Shown piece by piece: positions 27,112 through 35,846 of a stretch of 64,000 nucleotides of DNA (position 1 is its first letter; each line of letters opens with the position of its first letter). Location of the stretch: the NCBI GenBank assembly GCA_934230325.1, contig CAKQEP010000002.1, positions 3,797-67,796 on the forward strand, given 5' to 3'. The notes beneath the pieces were generated by a model. That model was not told where the DNA came from. It saw nothing but the letters and a program-made list of their open reading frames with translations, and searched no databases. The DNA comes from an uncultured Clostridia bacterium (GTDB lineage: Bacteria; Bacillota; Clostridia; Christensenellales; CAG-314). A program made the position numbers and the translations under genes.

Positions 27112-27282
27112 AATTAAACCTCTTTTTATATAATACAATACATTTGAAAATTAGTAAAACAAAAAAATGCATTTTGCCGCATTTTTTGCGATACAAATAT
27201 CGGTTTTTATACTTAACATTACCTCAAAAATGTGTTAAAATACTTTAAGTTGAGTTTTATCGACAATTTTACGGAGAAAAAC

Positions 27283-27978
27283 ATGGACGGATTAAACGTA
27301 AAAAACCTTGTCAAAATTTACGGCAAAGACAACAACAAAGTGACGGCTTTAAACGACGTGTCCTTTTGCATACCCAACGGAGAATTTGTAGTGTTTTTAG
27401 GTCCGTCGGGAAGCGGAAAAAGCACGTTGCTAAATATTCTCGGCGGTATGGATACGGCTACGTCGGGGCAGGTATTTGTTGACGGCAAAGAGATTACAAA
27501 CCAAAAGGACAAAAAGTTGGTAAACTATCGCCGTTTTGATATAGGGTTTGTTTTTCAGTTTTACAATCTTATGGGCAACCTCACCGCGTCGGAAAACGTT
27601 TCTCTCGCCGCCACGCCAAACGGAATGTCGGCGGAAGAAGCCCTTAAACTCGTCGGTTTGGAGGAACGCAAAAACAATTTTCCCGCGCAGTTGTCGGGCG
27701 GAGAACAACAACGCGTCGCAATAGCGCGGGCAATCGTCAAAAATCCAAAAATTCTACTCTGCGACGAGCCTACGGGCGCTTTGGACAGCAAGACGGGCAA
27801 AAACATAATAAAACTTTTGATGCAGTTGACGAGAGATAACAACCGCACGACGGTTATGGTTACTCACAACGCAAAACTTGCGGAAATTGCCGACAGAGTT
27901 ATTCGTCTTTCCGACGGCAAAATAGTGTCCGACGAGATAAACGCCGACAAAAAACGAGTGGAGGAGATAGAATGGTAA
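27283..27978 (+). CDS. ABC transporter ATP-binding protein (MacB/LolD-like)
   Basis: [26 protein letters not shown] 27283 with GGAGA RBS. Confidence 0.9.
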   Translation: MDGLNVKNLVKIYGKDNNKVTALNDVSFCIPNGEFVVFLGPSGSGKSTLLNILGGMDTATSGQVFVDGKEITNQKDKKLVNYRRFDIGFVFQFYNLMGNLTASENVSLAATPNGMSAEEALKLVGLEERKNNFPAQLSGGEQQRVAIARAIVKNPKILLCDEPTGALDSKTGKNIIKLLMQLTRDNNRTTVMVTHNAKLAEIADRVIRLSDGKIVSDEINADKKRVEEIEW

Positions 27979-29159
27979 AGCGCAACGACGTTTTTGCAAA
28001 ACTAAACGCGCGAGAACTGCGCCGCAACTGGTTTCAATACCTGTCGATGATAGCCATTATCACCCTTGCGGTAACTTTGTTTTGCGGATTTGTGTCAAAT
28101 ACAAAAGTATTAAAAAACAGGGTGGATAAACTCATACAAGAAACTAATCTGTGCGATTTGTGCGTGCAGACGAGCGGACTCGACGCGGCGGACAGGTCGC
28201 GCTTTTCTACCGACAAAAACACAGAATACCGCTTGTATACGGAAGGTTCTTTGGTGGGTAGGACGGCAAAAATTTATGTCGGAAACAACGACATCAGCCG
28301 CCCCGTCATACTTAAAGGCGAGGAAGGAGTTTTGCTCGACAAAATGACCGCAGGCACGATAAACGTTGGCGTTGGTGACGTCATAACATTAAAAATCCCC
28401 TCCCTCAACGTCGATAAGCACTTTACCGTCACGGGGCTTATGCGTTTTGCGGAAATCGCAAACACTTACTCCACCTATCCCGTTGTTTTGACGACGCAAG
28501 CATTTAAAGACGCTTTCGGCTTTTCTCCCGAACCGCTTTACAATCAAATTTTAATAAAAACCGACGACGCAACCGCTTTAAAAAAGGAAATTACCGACTA
28601 TTTTGCGGCAAAAACCGTCGACAACCTTCTTTACGTTTTTGACCGTAGCACGATAGAATCCGTCGTAATGCTGGACAACGAAGTATCCCAAAGTTTGAGT
28701 ATGATATCGGTTTTCCCCGTCATATTTTTGTGCGTCGCAGTGCTGGTAATAATGACGACGATAAGTCAGTTGATTTTGCGAGAACGCACTAATATAGGCA
28801 CGCTCAAAGCGTTGGGGTTTTCTGACGGGAAAATTATGTTTCATTATTCGCTGTTTGGAATTGCCGTCTGCTTTATCGGAACGTTGCTCGGAATTTTTTT
28901 GGGACCTGCGATTGTTCCGAGCGTAATGAATATCAAATACGACCTCGTTTACAACTTGCCAAAAACGGAGATATACCTGATAGACCCGCTGTGGAGTCTG
29001 TTTGCAGTCCTTTCCGTTTGCTTGCTGTCGGCGGCGATTTCTTTGTGGGTGCTTAAAGACGTGATAAGACAAAAACCTGCGGAGTGTATGCGTCCCGCTA
29101 CGGGCGGCGTTATGTTCGGCTTTAAAAAGGATAAAAAAAATGAAAAAGAATCAGTCTAA
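27972..29159 (+). CDS. FtsX-type ABC permease, first half
   Basis: Start overlaps the ATPase stop (ATGGTAA). One TM, an extracytoplasmic domain, then three TM helices. Confidence 0.8.
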   Translation: MVKRNDVFAKLNARELRRNWFQYLSMIAIITLAVTLFCGFVSNTKVLKNRVDKLIQETNLCDLCVQTSGLDAADRSRFSTDKNTEYRLYTEGSLVGRTAKIYVGNNDISRPVILKGEEGVLLDKMTAGTINVGVGDVITLKIPSLNVDKHFTVTGLMRFAEIANTYSTYPVVLTTQAFKDAFGFSPEPLYNQILIKTDDATALKKEITDYFAAKTVDNLLYVFDRSTIESVVMLDNEVSQSLSMISVFPVIFLCVAVLVIMTTISQLILRERTNIGTLKALGFSDGKIMFHYSLFGIAVCFIGTLLGIFLGPAIVPSVMNIKYDLVYNLPKTEIYLIDPLWSLFAVLSVCLLSAAISLWVLKDVIRQKPAECMRPATGGVMFGFKKDKKNEKESV

Positions 29160-30222
29160 CGCTTTGATTGCGCTAAAACTCGCAATAAGAAATATTCTGC
29201 TTAAACCGATGCGCGCCCTTATGACGGTCATAGGCGTCACCGGTTGCGTTGCCCTTCTCGTTTGCGCTTTTGGTATCGGAGATACGATAAATCACTGTTT
29301 CGATTACGAATTTGAAAAACAATTCCGTTACGATTACAACACCGCCGTAAACGAATCCTATATCCCGAGATTAAACGCATATCTCGACGACATAAACGCC
29401 GAGTACGAGCCGTACAAAACTTTTTATATGACGGCGGCGGCAACAAAAAGCAAAGATATAAAGGTTTTTGTTTATCAACCCGCATCACGCTTTACTTCTA
29501 TCGACACAAGCGACGGAAAAGTTTATATTTCTACTTCTACGGCAAAACAGTTGGGCGCAAAACAAGGCGATACCGTCACTCTTGCGGCAGGAAACAACAA
29601 ATACGCCGCAAAAATCGATTTTGTCATCGATACCGCCGTAACGCAAGGTATGTTTTTGTATACTACGGATTTTGACGCGGAATACCACTCCCTAAACTAC
29701 TGGATTAACGTCGCGTCGCCGTCGAGCGATATTCTCAAAGGTATAAACGACAACAACGGAACGCAAAACGCTTATGACACGCAAAGCATGTACGATAAAG
29801 TCGCAAACGCAATATCTTCCATCGACACAATAAAAACAACCTTGATGATTTTCGCTACGCTACTGTCGGTAATAGTTCTTTTTAATATTGCTTTGCTAAA
29901 CACAAAAGAAAGGGTTAGAGATATATCGACGTTGAAGGTACTCGGTTTTAGCAATCGGGATATAAGTTTGAGCCTGACGGTAGAAATAATGATACTCGTG
30001 CTAATAGCAACGGCTATAGGATTGTTGCTCGGATATCCCGTTCTCGTCTTGGTTATGTCCAACAACAGCGTTGAAGCAATGGCGTTTATTTACTATATCA
30101 AACCGATTTCCTACGTGTTTTCCGCCGCGATTAGTATAGTAACCGCTCTCATTATCAATTTGTTGTTTGGTCTTAAAATCAAAAAAATAAATATGCTCGA
30201 CGCTCTCAAAAGCGTTGAATAA
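29140..30222 (+). CDS. FtsX-type ABC permease, second half
   Basis: Same architecture (ALKLAIRNILLKPMRAL...). Overlaps the previous ORF by 20 nt, starting at the end of an A8 run. Confidence 0.8.
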   Translation: MKKNQSNALIALKLAIRNILLKPMRALMTVIGVTGCVALLVCAFGIGDTINHCFDYEFEKQFRYDYNTAVNESYIPRLNAYLDDINAEYEPYKTFYMTAAATKSKDIKVFVYQPASRFTSIDTSDGKVYISTSTAKQLGAKQGDTVTLAAGNNKYAAKIDFVIDTAVTQGMFLYTTDFDAEYHSLNYWINVASPSSDILKGINDNNGTQNAYDTQSMYDKVANAISSIDTIKTTLMIFATLLSVIVLFNIALLNTKERVRDISTLKVLGFSNRDISLSLTVEIMILVLIATAIGLLLGYPVLVLVMSNNSVEAMAFIYYIKPISYVFSAAISIVTALIINLLFGLKIKKINMLDALKSVE

Positions 30223-30265
30223 ATCACATACGAATATAAAAAAACGCAAATACGCTATAAAACAA

Positions 30266-30288
30266 AAACCGCTAATCTGCGGTTTTTT
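30266..30288. terminator. Bidirectional terminator
   Basis: AACCGC-TAATCT-GCGGTT with flanking A/T runs, between convergent genes. Confidence 0.7.
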
Positions 30289-30300
30289 AAATGCGGTTTT

Positions 30301-30780
30301 TTAAGAGTTTAAGTAGTCGTACAGAGCGGAAAGAGTTGCGGCGTGAACTTGTTCATCGGCTAAAATTCTCTCCAAAAGACAAGCGACGCTTTTGTCGGAT
30401 ATATTTTTTATCGCGCGGCGGTAGTTTTCTATCGCGCGTTGCTCGCTCAAAATATCTTCGTACAACATTTTTTTGACGCTTTGCGAGTAGTTTACGTATC
30501 CGCCGTTCCAAAAACTTCCCCTTGCGCCTATCATCGGATTGCCGCCGCTCAATAAAATCAATCTTGACAATATCCCGCAATGGTTCATTTCCGTAATGGC
30601 TATATTCTTTAAAACATAAGCAATATCATCGTTGCTATTTGCCGTGATTTGGCTTTGGTACAGGTAGTCAAACACTGTCGTTATCTCGCTTTTGGGCGAC
30701 GCATAAAGACTTTGCAATATGTAGGCGTCTTTAAAGTTTTTCTGGGTAATTTCCGTTTTGGGATATTCCCCATCTGCCAC
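30301..30780 (-). CDS. Ferritin-like / manganese-catalase family protein, CotJC-like
   Basis: ITEMNH and MLYEDILSEQRAIENY...DEQVH parallel the di-metal motifs of CotJC. GTG start. Confidence 0.65.
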   Translation of the reverse strand: MADGEYPKTEITQKNFKDAYILQSLYASPKSEITTVFDYLYQSQITANSNDDIAYVLKNIAITEMNHCGILSRLILLSGGNPMIGARGSFWNGGYVNYSQSVKKMLYEDILSEQRAIENYRRAIKNISDKSVACLLERILADEQVHAATLSALYDYLNS

Positions 30781-30853
30781 TGTTTTTAATTCTCTGATAT
30801 TCGTACCGCTTTGCCCCCTGCCTTATTGTATTAAAAATCGGGCGGAAACGACA

Positions 30854-31639
30854 CTAAATCAACAGTTTGTAAATTTCGTTTTTGGAAACGCCTCTGTCCT
30901 TTGCCGTTTGCTTTATGGCGTCCATTTTGCTCATTCCCTTGTCGATATAAAACTCGACGTGTTGCTCGGGCGACAAAGTATTGAGCGCGTTTTGAGCGTC
31001 GGCTTTTTGTACGACTATGACGTACTCGCCCTTCGCGTCTTCTATCCGAGCAGTAGACAAATCAAAAAACTCCGCTTTTTCGTGCATTTTGGTCAATTCC
31101 TTTATTACGGCAACTTTTCTGTCCCCCAAAGCGGCGTAAAGATATTTAAGGTCGTCGTTAAGGTCGTGCGGCGCACTGTAAAAAATAAGAGTCGCGTTGC
31201 CTAATCCGTCGATTAGTTTGTCTTTGTCGGCGGTTTTTGAAGGTAAAAATCCTACAAAAGTAAAAGGCGGTAAAAACCCGCTCATGGCAAAAGCGGTGAC
31301 TGCGGCGCATGCGCCCGTGACGACGGAATATTTTTCTCCCGCCGCTTTGCATGCGTTGACAAGCACCGTTCCCGGATCGGATATGCAAGGCATACCTGCG
31401 TCGCTTATCACGCTGACGGTTTTTCCTTCTCGGCTAAGCGACAAAATATAGTCGCAACGGCTTTGCTCGTTGAATTTGTGATAACTTTTTAGCGGAACGG
31501 TTATCCCGTAATGCGACAGCAAAACGGAACTATGCCGCGTGTCTTCGCAAAAAATCACGTCGCTTTCTTTAAGTATGCGCAACGCTCGTTGCGAAATATC
31601 TTCGAGATTGCCTATAGGCGTGGCAACAAAATAAATCAT
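30854..31639 (-). CDS. rsmI: 16S rRNA (cytidine1402-2'-O)-methyltransferase
   Basis: MIYFVATPIGNLEDIS..., CEDTR, ISDAGMP motifs. Confidence 0.9.
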   Translation of the reverse strand: MIYFVATPIGNLEDISQRALRILKESDVIFCEDTRHSSVLLSHYGITVPLKSYHKFNEQSRCDYILSLSREGKTVSVISDAGMPCISDPGTVLVNACKAAGEKYSVVTGACAAVTAFAMSGFLPPFTFVGFLPSKTADKDKLIDGLGNATLIFYSAPHDLNDDLKYLYAALGDRKVAVIKELTKMHEKAEFFDLSTARIEDAKGEYVIVVQKADAQNALNTLSPEQHVEFYIDKGMSKMDAIKQTAKDRGVSKNEIYKLLI

Positions 31640-31651
31640 TTGCTCTCCTTA

Positions 31652-32392
31652 TCAGTCAAAACTTTCCCCGTAAAGTTTTTTTATCGTAGGCGTATAGTTT
31701 CCGTCATTGTCAAACACCGTCACGGGCGGCAACCATTTTAGCCCGTCTTTGCCGCCAAACGTAAACTTTGCCAAAAACAAATTGGGCGTAGCGCCCGCAC
31801 GCGGATATACGAGAGAAACTTCCTTTGCTTTAAGTCCGTGTTTGTCCGCCGTAGCGCAAGCGGAAGCAAACCGCTCCGCCTGATGCACCAAAAACAAATT
31901 TCCGCCAAATTTGAGCAATTTTGACGACTCTAAAAACACGTCGTCCAACGTCAACTTGATTTCGTGCCGACACACGGCTATATCGTCGTCGGCTTGCCTT
32001 TCTCCGCTACCCGCTTTGCGATACGGCGGATTTACGATGACGGCGTCAAACCCGCCGCCCAAAGTTTTGTGTATGCCTCGCGCGTCTGCGCAAACCACCT
32101 TAATAACGTCGCAAAGACCGTTAATTTCAATGCTTCGAGCCGCCATATCCGCCATTTTGGGCAAAATTTCTATGCCGACGACGCTTGCAGGGTGCTGTTT
32201 TGCGGCAACGAGCGTGGCAATAACGCCGCTACCCAAACCGATTTCCACAATTCTTTTGTTTTTTACGCCGCGCACAAAGTTTGCAAGCAACACGGCGTCG
32301 GTAGTAAATCGATACCCGTCGGCGGACTGAATTATTTTTAATCCTTTGTACTGCAAATCTTCTATCTGCTCGCCTTGTTTCAACTGTGTCAT
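31652..32392 (-). CDS. N6-adenine methyltransferase, TrmN6/YfiC (B. subtilis YabB)-like
   Basis: GLGSGVI SAM motif and NPPY motif (VNPPYRKAG). Conserved position upstream of rsmI. Confidence 0.8.
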   Translation of the reverse strand: MTQLKQGEQIEDLQYKGLKIIQSADGYRFTTDAVLLANFVRGVKNKRIVEIGLGSGVIATLVAAKQHPASVVGIEILPKMADMAARSIEINGLCDVIKVVCADARGIHKTLGGGFDAVIVNPPYRKAGSGERQADDDIAVCRHEIKLTLDDVFLESSKLLKFGGNLFLVHQAERFASACATADKHGLKAKEVSLVYPRAGATPNLFLAKFTFGGKDGLKWLPPVTVFDNDGNYTPTIKKLYGESFD

Positions 32393-32398
32393 AATCTG

Positions 32399-32427
32399 AT
32401 TTTAACACATCGCCGTCGGTATTGCAA
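32399..32427 (-). promoter_or_regulatory. Promoter TTGCAA-17-(TGt)TAAAAT ending 6 nt before ATG 32392
   Basis: Minus-strand TTGCAA at 32427-32422 and an extended -10 TGTTAAAAT ending at 32399. No Shine-Dalgarno sequence. Confidence 0.55.
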
Positions 32428-32467
32428 GCCGCCGCTTTAAACTTGCGCGATACAATACGAAAAACGG

Positions 32468-32496
32468 TTGCTTAAACCCGCCAAATTTGCTAAAAT
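32468..32496 (+). promoter_or_regulatory. Promoter TTGCTT-17-TAAAAT ending 6 nt before ATG 32503
   Basis: TTGCTT 32468-32473 and TAAAAT 32491-32496. No Shine-Dalgarno sequence. Confidence 0.55.
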
Positions 32497-32502
32497 TTAA
32501 TT

Positions 32503-33006
32503 ATGACGGATTTCGATTTTGATTTTTATAAAAATTTGTACGCAAAAAATACACGCCTAAACAATCTCGGACGAAGAAAACTTATCTGCCCGCCCGTTCT
32601 TGCCGACCGCCTGCACGAAGTCGCCCTAAACCTGACCGTGCCGGAAGTGAGTATTCTTGCAACGTTGGAAAACAAGTTGGGAATCGACAACCTTAAAAGT
32701 ACGCCGCTATGTATGAAACAGTTTGCGGAGTTGCTCGGTTTTTGCAAAGCAACAATTTCCGTTGCGGTAGGCAGATTAGTAAAAAAACAACTCGTAGAAA
32801 AATATTACTTAAACAACAACCGCAAAACGACTTATTTAAGACTGACGGAAACGGGCAAACAGTTGGGAGAAAACGAGGATAACATACACGCCGCATTTTT
32901 GCAGAGCCAACTTACTAAACACTTTGACGCAGAAGAAATTAAAGCCTTTAACGACGCTTACGACACTCTCATCGGCGTAATAAAAAAATTTGACGATACG
33001 ATATAA
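32503..33006 (+). CDS. MarR-like winged-helix transcriptional regulator
   Basis: LGFCKATISVAVGRLVKKQLVEKY...RKTTYLRLTETG is a wHTH plus wing pattern. Confidence 0.7.
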   Translation: MTDFDFDFYKNLYAKNTRLNNLGRRKLICPPVLADRLHEVALNLTVPEVSILATLENKLGIDNLKSTPLCMKQFAELLGFCKATISVAVGRLVKKQLVEKYYLNNNRKTTYLRLTETGKQLGENEDNIHAAFLQSQLTKHFDAEEIKAFNDAYDTLIGVIKKFDDTI

Positions 33007-33064
33007 AAAGGTCAAAAAACAAAAAATCGGTTTTTAAACTCACTGACAAACAAAGTTGCCGCAT

Positions 33065-33096
33065 TAAAAAACACCGCGTTTTGCGGTGTTTTTTGT
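33065..33096. terminator. Bidirectional terminator between the MarR and ferredoxin genes
   Basis: ACACCGC-GTTTT-GCGGTGT flanked by A6 and T6. Confidence 0.75.
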
Positions 33097-33107
33097 TTTT
33101 GTTGTTT

Positions 33108-33278
33108 TTAGCCTTCGCTGATTGCGTTTACGGGGCAACCGGCAGCGCAAGCGCCGCAATCGATGCAAGCAGAAGCGTCGATTTGATATTTGTCGTCGCC
33201 TTCGCTGATTGCGCCTACGGGGCAGGTAGCGGCGCAAGCGCCGCATTTGATGCATTCATTACTTATTTTGTGTGCCAT
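33108..33278 (-). CDS. Clostridial-type 2x[4Fe-4S] ferredoxin (56 aa)
   Basis: Manual translation: MAHKISNECIKCGACAATCPVGAISEGDDKYQIDASACIDCGACAAGCPVNAISEG. AGGAG RBS. Below the ORF-track size cut-off. Confidence 0.9.
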   Translation of the reverse strand: MAHKISNECIKCGACAATCPVGAISEGDDKYQIDASACIDCGACAAGCPVNAISEG

Positions 33279-33310
33279 AAATCTATCTCCTTTGTCTTTA
33301 AGACAATAAT

Positions 33311-33339
33311 ATTTTAATACATACGCAAATATTTGTCAA
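33311..33339 (-). promoter_or_regulatory. Promoter TTGACA-17-TAAAAT for the ferredoxin gene
   Basis: Minus-strand TTGACA at 33339-33334 and TAAAAT at 33316-33311. Confidence 0.6.
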
Positions 33340-33354
33340 CGGTTATCGACAAAA

Positions 33355-34248
33355 TCAATCCAACAATTCGCTCAAATCCGCAGGAATATCCGTATCGAGG
33401 TCGTTGTCGGCGTTTTTTTCCTGTTCTGCGGCGGTTGGCTTGCCAAATTTGACGTCCTCCAAAGGATAAACGTCTACTTCTGCAATTCCGTCAACGTCGG
33501 AAAGTTTTGTCTTTATCGTGCGCTTTAACAAGTCGACGCTTTCTACCGTCGCTTTGCCCTTTGGCGTGGTAACGATACTGCCCACTTTGGGCATAAGTTT
33601 GAGCGTTTCGGCATAGTGGGCGTTTTCGTACTTTAAACAACACATAAGTCTGCCGCAAAGTCCGCTGATTTTTGCGGGATTAAGCGACAATCCTTGATTT
33701 TTTGCCATCTTTATCGATACGCGCTCAAAATCGTTTAAAAATGCGTTGCAACAACAAGGTCTGCCGCAACTACCCAAGCCGCCGAGCATCTTTGTTTCGT
33801 CGCGTATGCCGATTTGACGCAACTCTATGCGTGCGTGAAACATTGCCGCAAGGTCCTTTACCAAATCGCGAAAATCAACTCTGCCTTCCGCAGTAAAATA
33901 AAAAACTATTTTGCTGTTGTCAAAAGTCAAGTCGATATCTTTAAGGTGCATATCGAGTTTGTGATCGTCGATTTTTTGCTTTGCTCTTTGCATTATCGAG
34001 GCTTTCTGCTCGAGATTTTTGCGGTAATGCTCCGTATCCTTTTCCGTCGCTTTGCGTTTGACGGGTTTGAGTTCTCCAACGATATTTTTGCGCGATACTT
34101 CCTTGTTGGCAATAGAAATAATACCGTACTCTACGCCGCGCGCCGTTTCTACTATCACGCCGTCGCCTACGCAAAAATCTATTTTGGTCGGGTCAAAAAA
34201 ATATGATTTGCCCGTAGATTTAAATTTTACACCAACTATTGTCGGCAT
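33355..34248 (-). CDS. ricT: PSP1-domain protein (YaaT/RicT)
   Basis: GVKFKSTGKSYFFDP..., Cys cluster CGRPCCC / CGRLMCC. Conserved position after holB. Confidence 0.85.
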   Translation of the reverse strand: MPTIVGVKFKSTGKSYFFDPTKIDFCVGDGVIVETARGVEYGIISIANKEVSRKNIVGELKPVKRKATEKDTEHYRKNLEQKASIMQRAKQKIDDHKLDMHLKDIDLTFDNSKIVFYFTAEGRVDFRDLVKDLAAMFHARIELRQIGIRDETKMLGGLGSCGRPCCCNAFLNDFERVSIKMAKNQGLSLNPAKISGLCGRLMCCLKYENAHYAETLKLMPKVGSIVTTPKGKATVESVDLLKRTIKTKLSDVDGIAEVDVYPLEDVKFGKPTAAEQEKNADNDLDTDIPADLSELLD

Positions 34249-35201
34249 CTGTACTTTACCTCCAGTATATTAAGCAGTAAATTGTCGGTCACCGTATTAA
34301 ATCCGACGTAATTGTCAAGCATCGTTTTTGCCCGTTCCGTAAGCGATATTATTTTGGTCACGGCGGCGGGAGTGTACGACGCTGCAATTTGTATTATATC
34401 ATCTTTTTTTGATAAATTCAATATTTCGCAACCTTTTGCGTCAAGCAAAACGGCGTCAAATAGCAGATTTTGGATTATTTCCAGCATATCCGCATATTTT
34501 TCCTTGTATTTTGCCATAATCGGCAACCACAAAACTATGTCTTTTGAAGTTTTTAGCCCGACAAGCATTTTGCTCATGTCGTCTATGCACCCCAAGTAAA
34601 ACGGCGTGTCGGCAATATATGTCGCTTTGCCCGCGCTACCGCCTGCAAGCCTTGCTACGACGGCGGCTTTTTCCTTCGGAGCGCCGCGCTTGTTTAAAAA
34701 ATCCGCTATCGTTTCCGCGTCAAAACACCCGATATTAGTCACCTGACAACGACTTTTGACCGTCATCAACAATTCTTCCGCATTTATGCAGGCAATCGCG
34801 ATTATTACGTTTTTGGGCGGTTCTTCCAAAATTTTGAGAAGTTTGTTTTGCCAGTCTTCTCTGACGCCGCCGCTTGCGTCGATACAAAATATTTTCTTTT
34901 TTTCCGACAACGGAGAAGTCGCGCTTTGCCGTATCAAAACTTCTATATCCGCAACGGCAATTTTTTGTCTGCCGTCCGACGGAAAAAAGTATACGTCGGG
35001 ACATACTTTTTTTGTTATTTTGTCATAAAGTTCGCCGCCTATATCGCCGTTTAATGCGTAAGTCGCAAAAAAACCAAACATTCCGTCGTAAAGAATACTG
35101 TCTTTGCATTGCAAAATAAAGGCGTGGTTGTCGTTGCCGTCTTTAAACCGCTCCTTTAAAAAATTTAGTCCGTTGTCCTTTTTTAACAGTTCTTGATACA
35201 T
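34236..35201 (-). CDS. holB: DNA polymerase III delta' subunit
   Basis: LLKILEEPP and KSRCQ motifs. Confidence 0.85.
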   Translation of the reverse strand: MYQELLKKDNGLNFLKERFKDGNDNHAFILQCKDSILYDGMFGFFATYALNGDIGGELYDKITKKVCPDVYFFPSDGRQKIAVADIEVLIRQSATSPLSEKKKIFCIDASGGVREDWQNKLLKILEEPPKNVIIAIACINAEELLMTVKSRCQVTNIGCFDAETIADFLNKRGAPKEKAAVVARLAGGSAGKATYIADTPFYLGCIDDMSKMLVGLKTSKDIVLWLPIMAKYKEKYADMLEIIQNLLFDAVLLDAKGCEILNLSKKDDIIQIAASYTPAAVTKIISLTERAKTMLDNYVGFNTVTDNLLLNILEVKYRCRQ

Positions 35202-35222
35202 ACCGTTTGTTTAAAAACTCTT

Positions 35223-35846
35223 TTAAGCAAATATTCCCCTTGCCTTTAATGCGGCAATGATTTTGCCAAAAGTTTCGTCCTTTGCGCCACTTGCGTCGAT
35301 AACGACGTATCTGTCTTTGTCACGCGCCGCCAACATCTTGTAGGCGTCGTAAACCTTTTGATGAAATTCTATATCCAACTGCTCCAGCCTGTCCTTTTTG
35401 TCCGCGCCGCCTTTACGCGCAAACGCCTGCTTTGGCGGAAGGTCTAAAAACAACGTGTACTGCGGCATATATTCTCCCACCGCCAACGCGTTAAGACGCT
35501 CGATTTTTTCAAGCCCCAACCCTCTCGCTATACCTTGATAAGCGTAGGAAGAATCGACAAAACGGTCGCAAAACACCGTTTTGCCCTCGTTAAGCGCAGG
35601 GATTACTATTTCCTGAAGGTGCTGAACTCGACTCGCCGCATACAAAAACGCTTCGCAATCGTCGGTAATATCCTTGTTGTCCGCGTCGAGAATAATTTCC
35701 CTTATTTTTTCCGCAACGCGACTGCCGCCCGGTTCTCTCGTAAACAAAACGTTAAAACCGTTGTCGGCGCAATACTGCTTTAATCTTTTGGTGTGGTAAG
35801 TTTTGCCTACCCCTTCGCAACCTTCTATCGTAATAAAATTTTTCAT
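35223..35846 (-). CDS. tmk: dTMP kinase
   Basis: MKNFITIEGCEGVGKT P-loop. ATG 35846. Confidence 0.9.
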   Translation of the reverse strand: MKNFITIEGCEGVGKTYHTKRLKQYCADNGFNVLFTREPGGSRVAEKIREIILDADNKDITDDCEAFLYAASRVQHLQEIVIPALNEGKTVFCDRFVDSSYAYQGIARGLGLEKIERLNALAVGEYMPQYTLFLDLPPKQAFARKGGADKKDRLEQLDIEFHQKVYDAYKMLAARDKDRYVVIDASGAKDETFGKIIAALKARGIFA

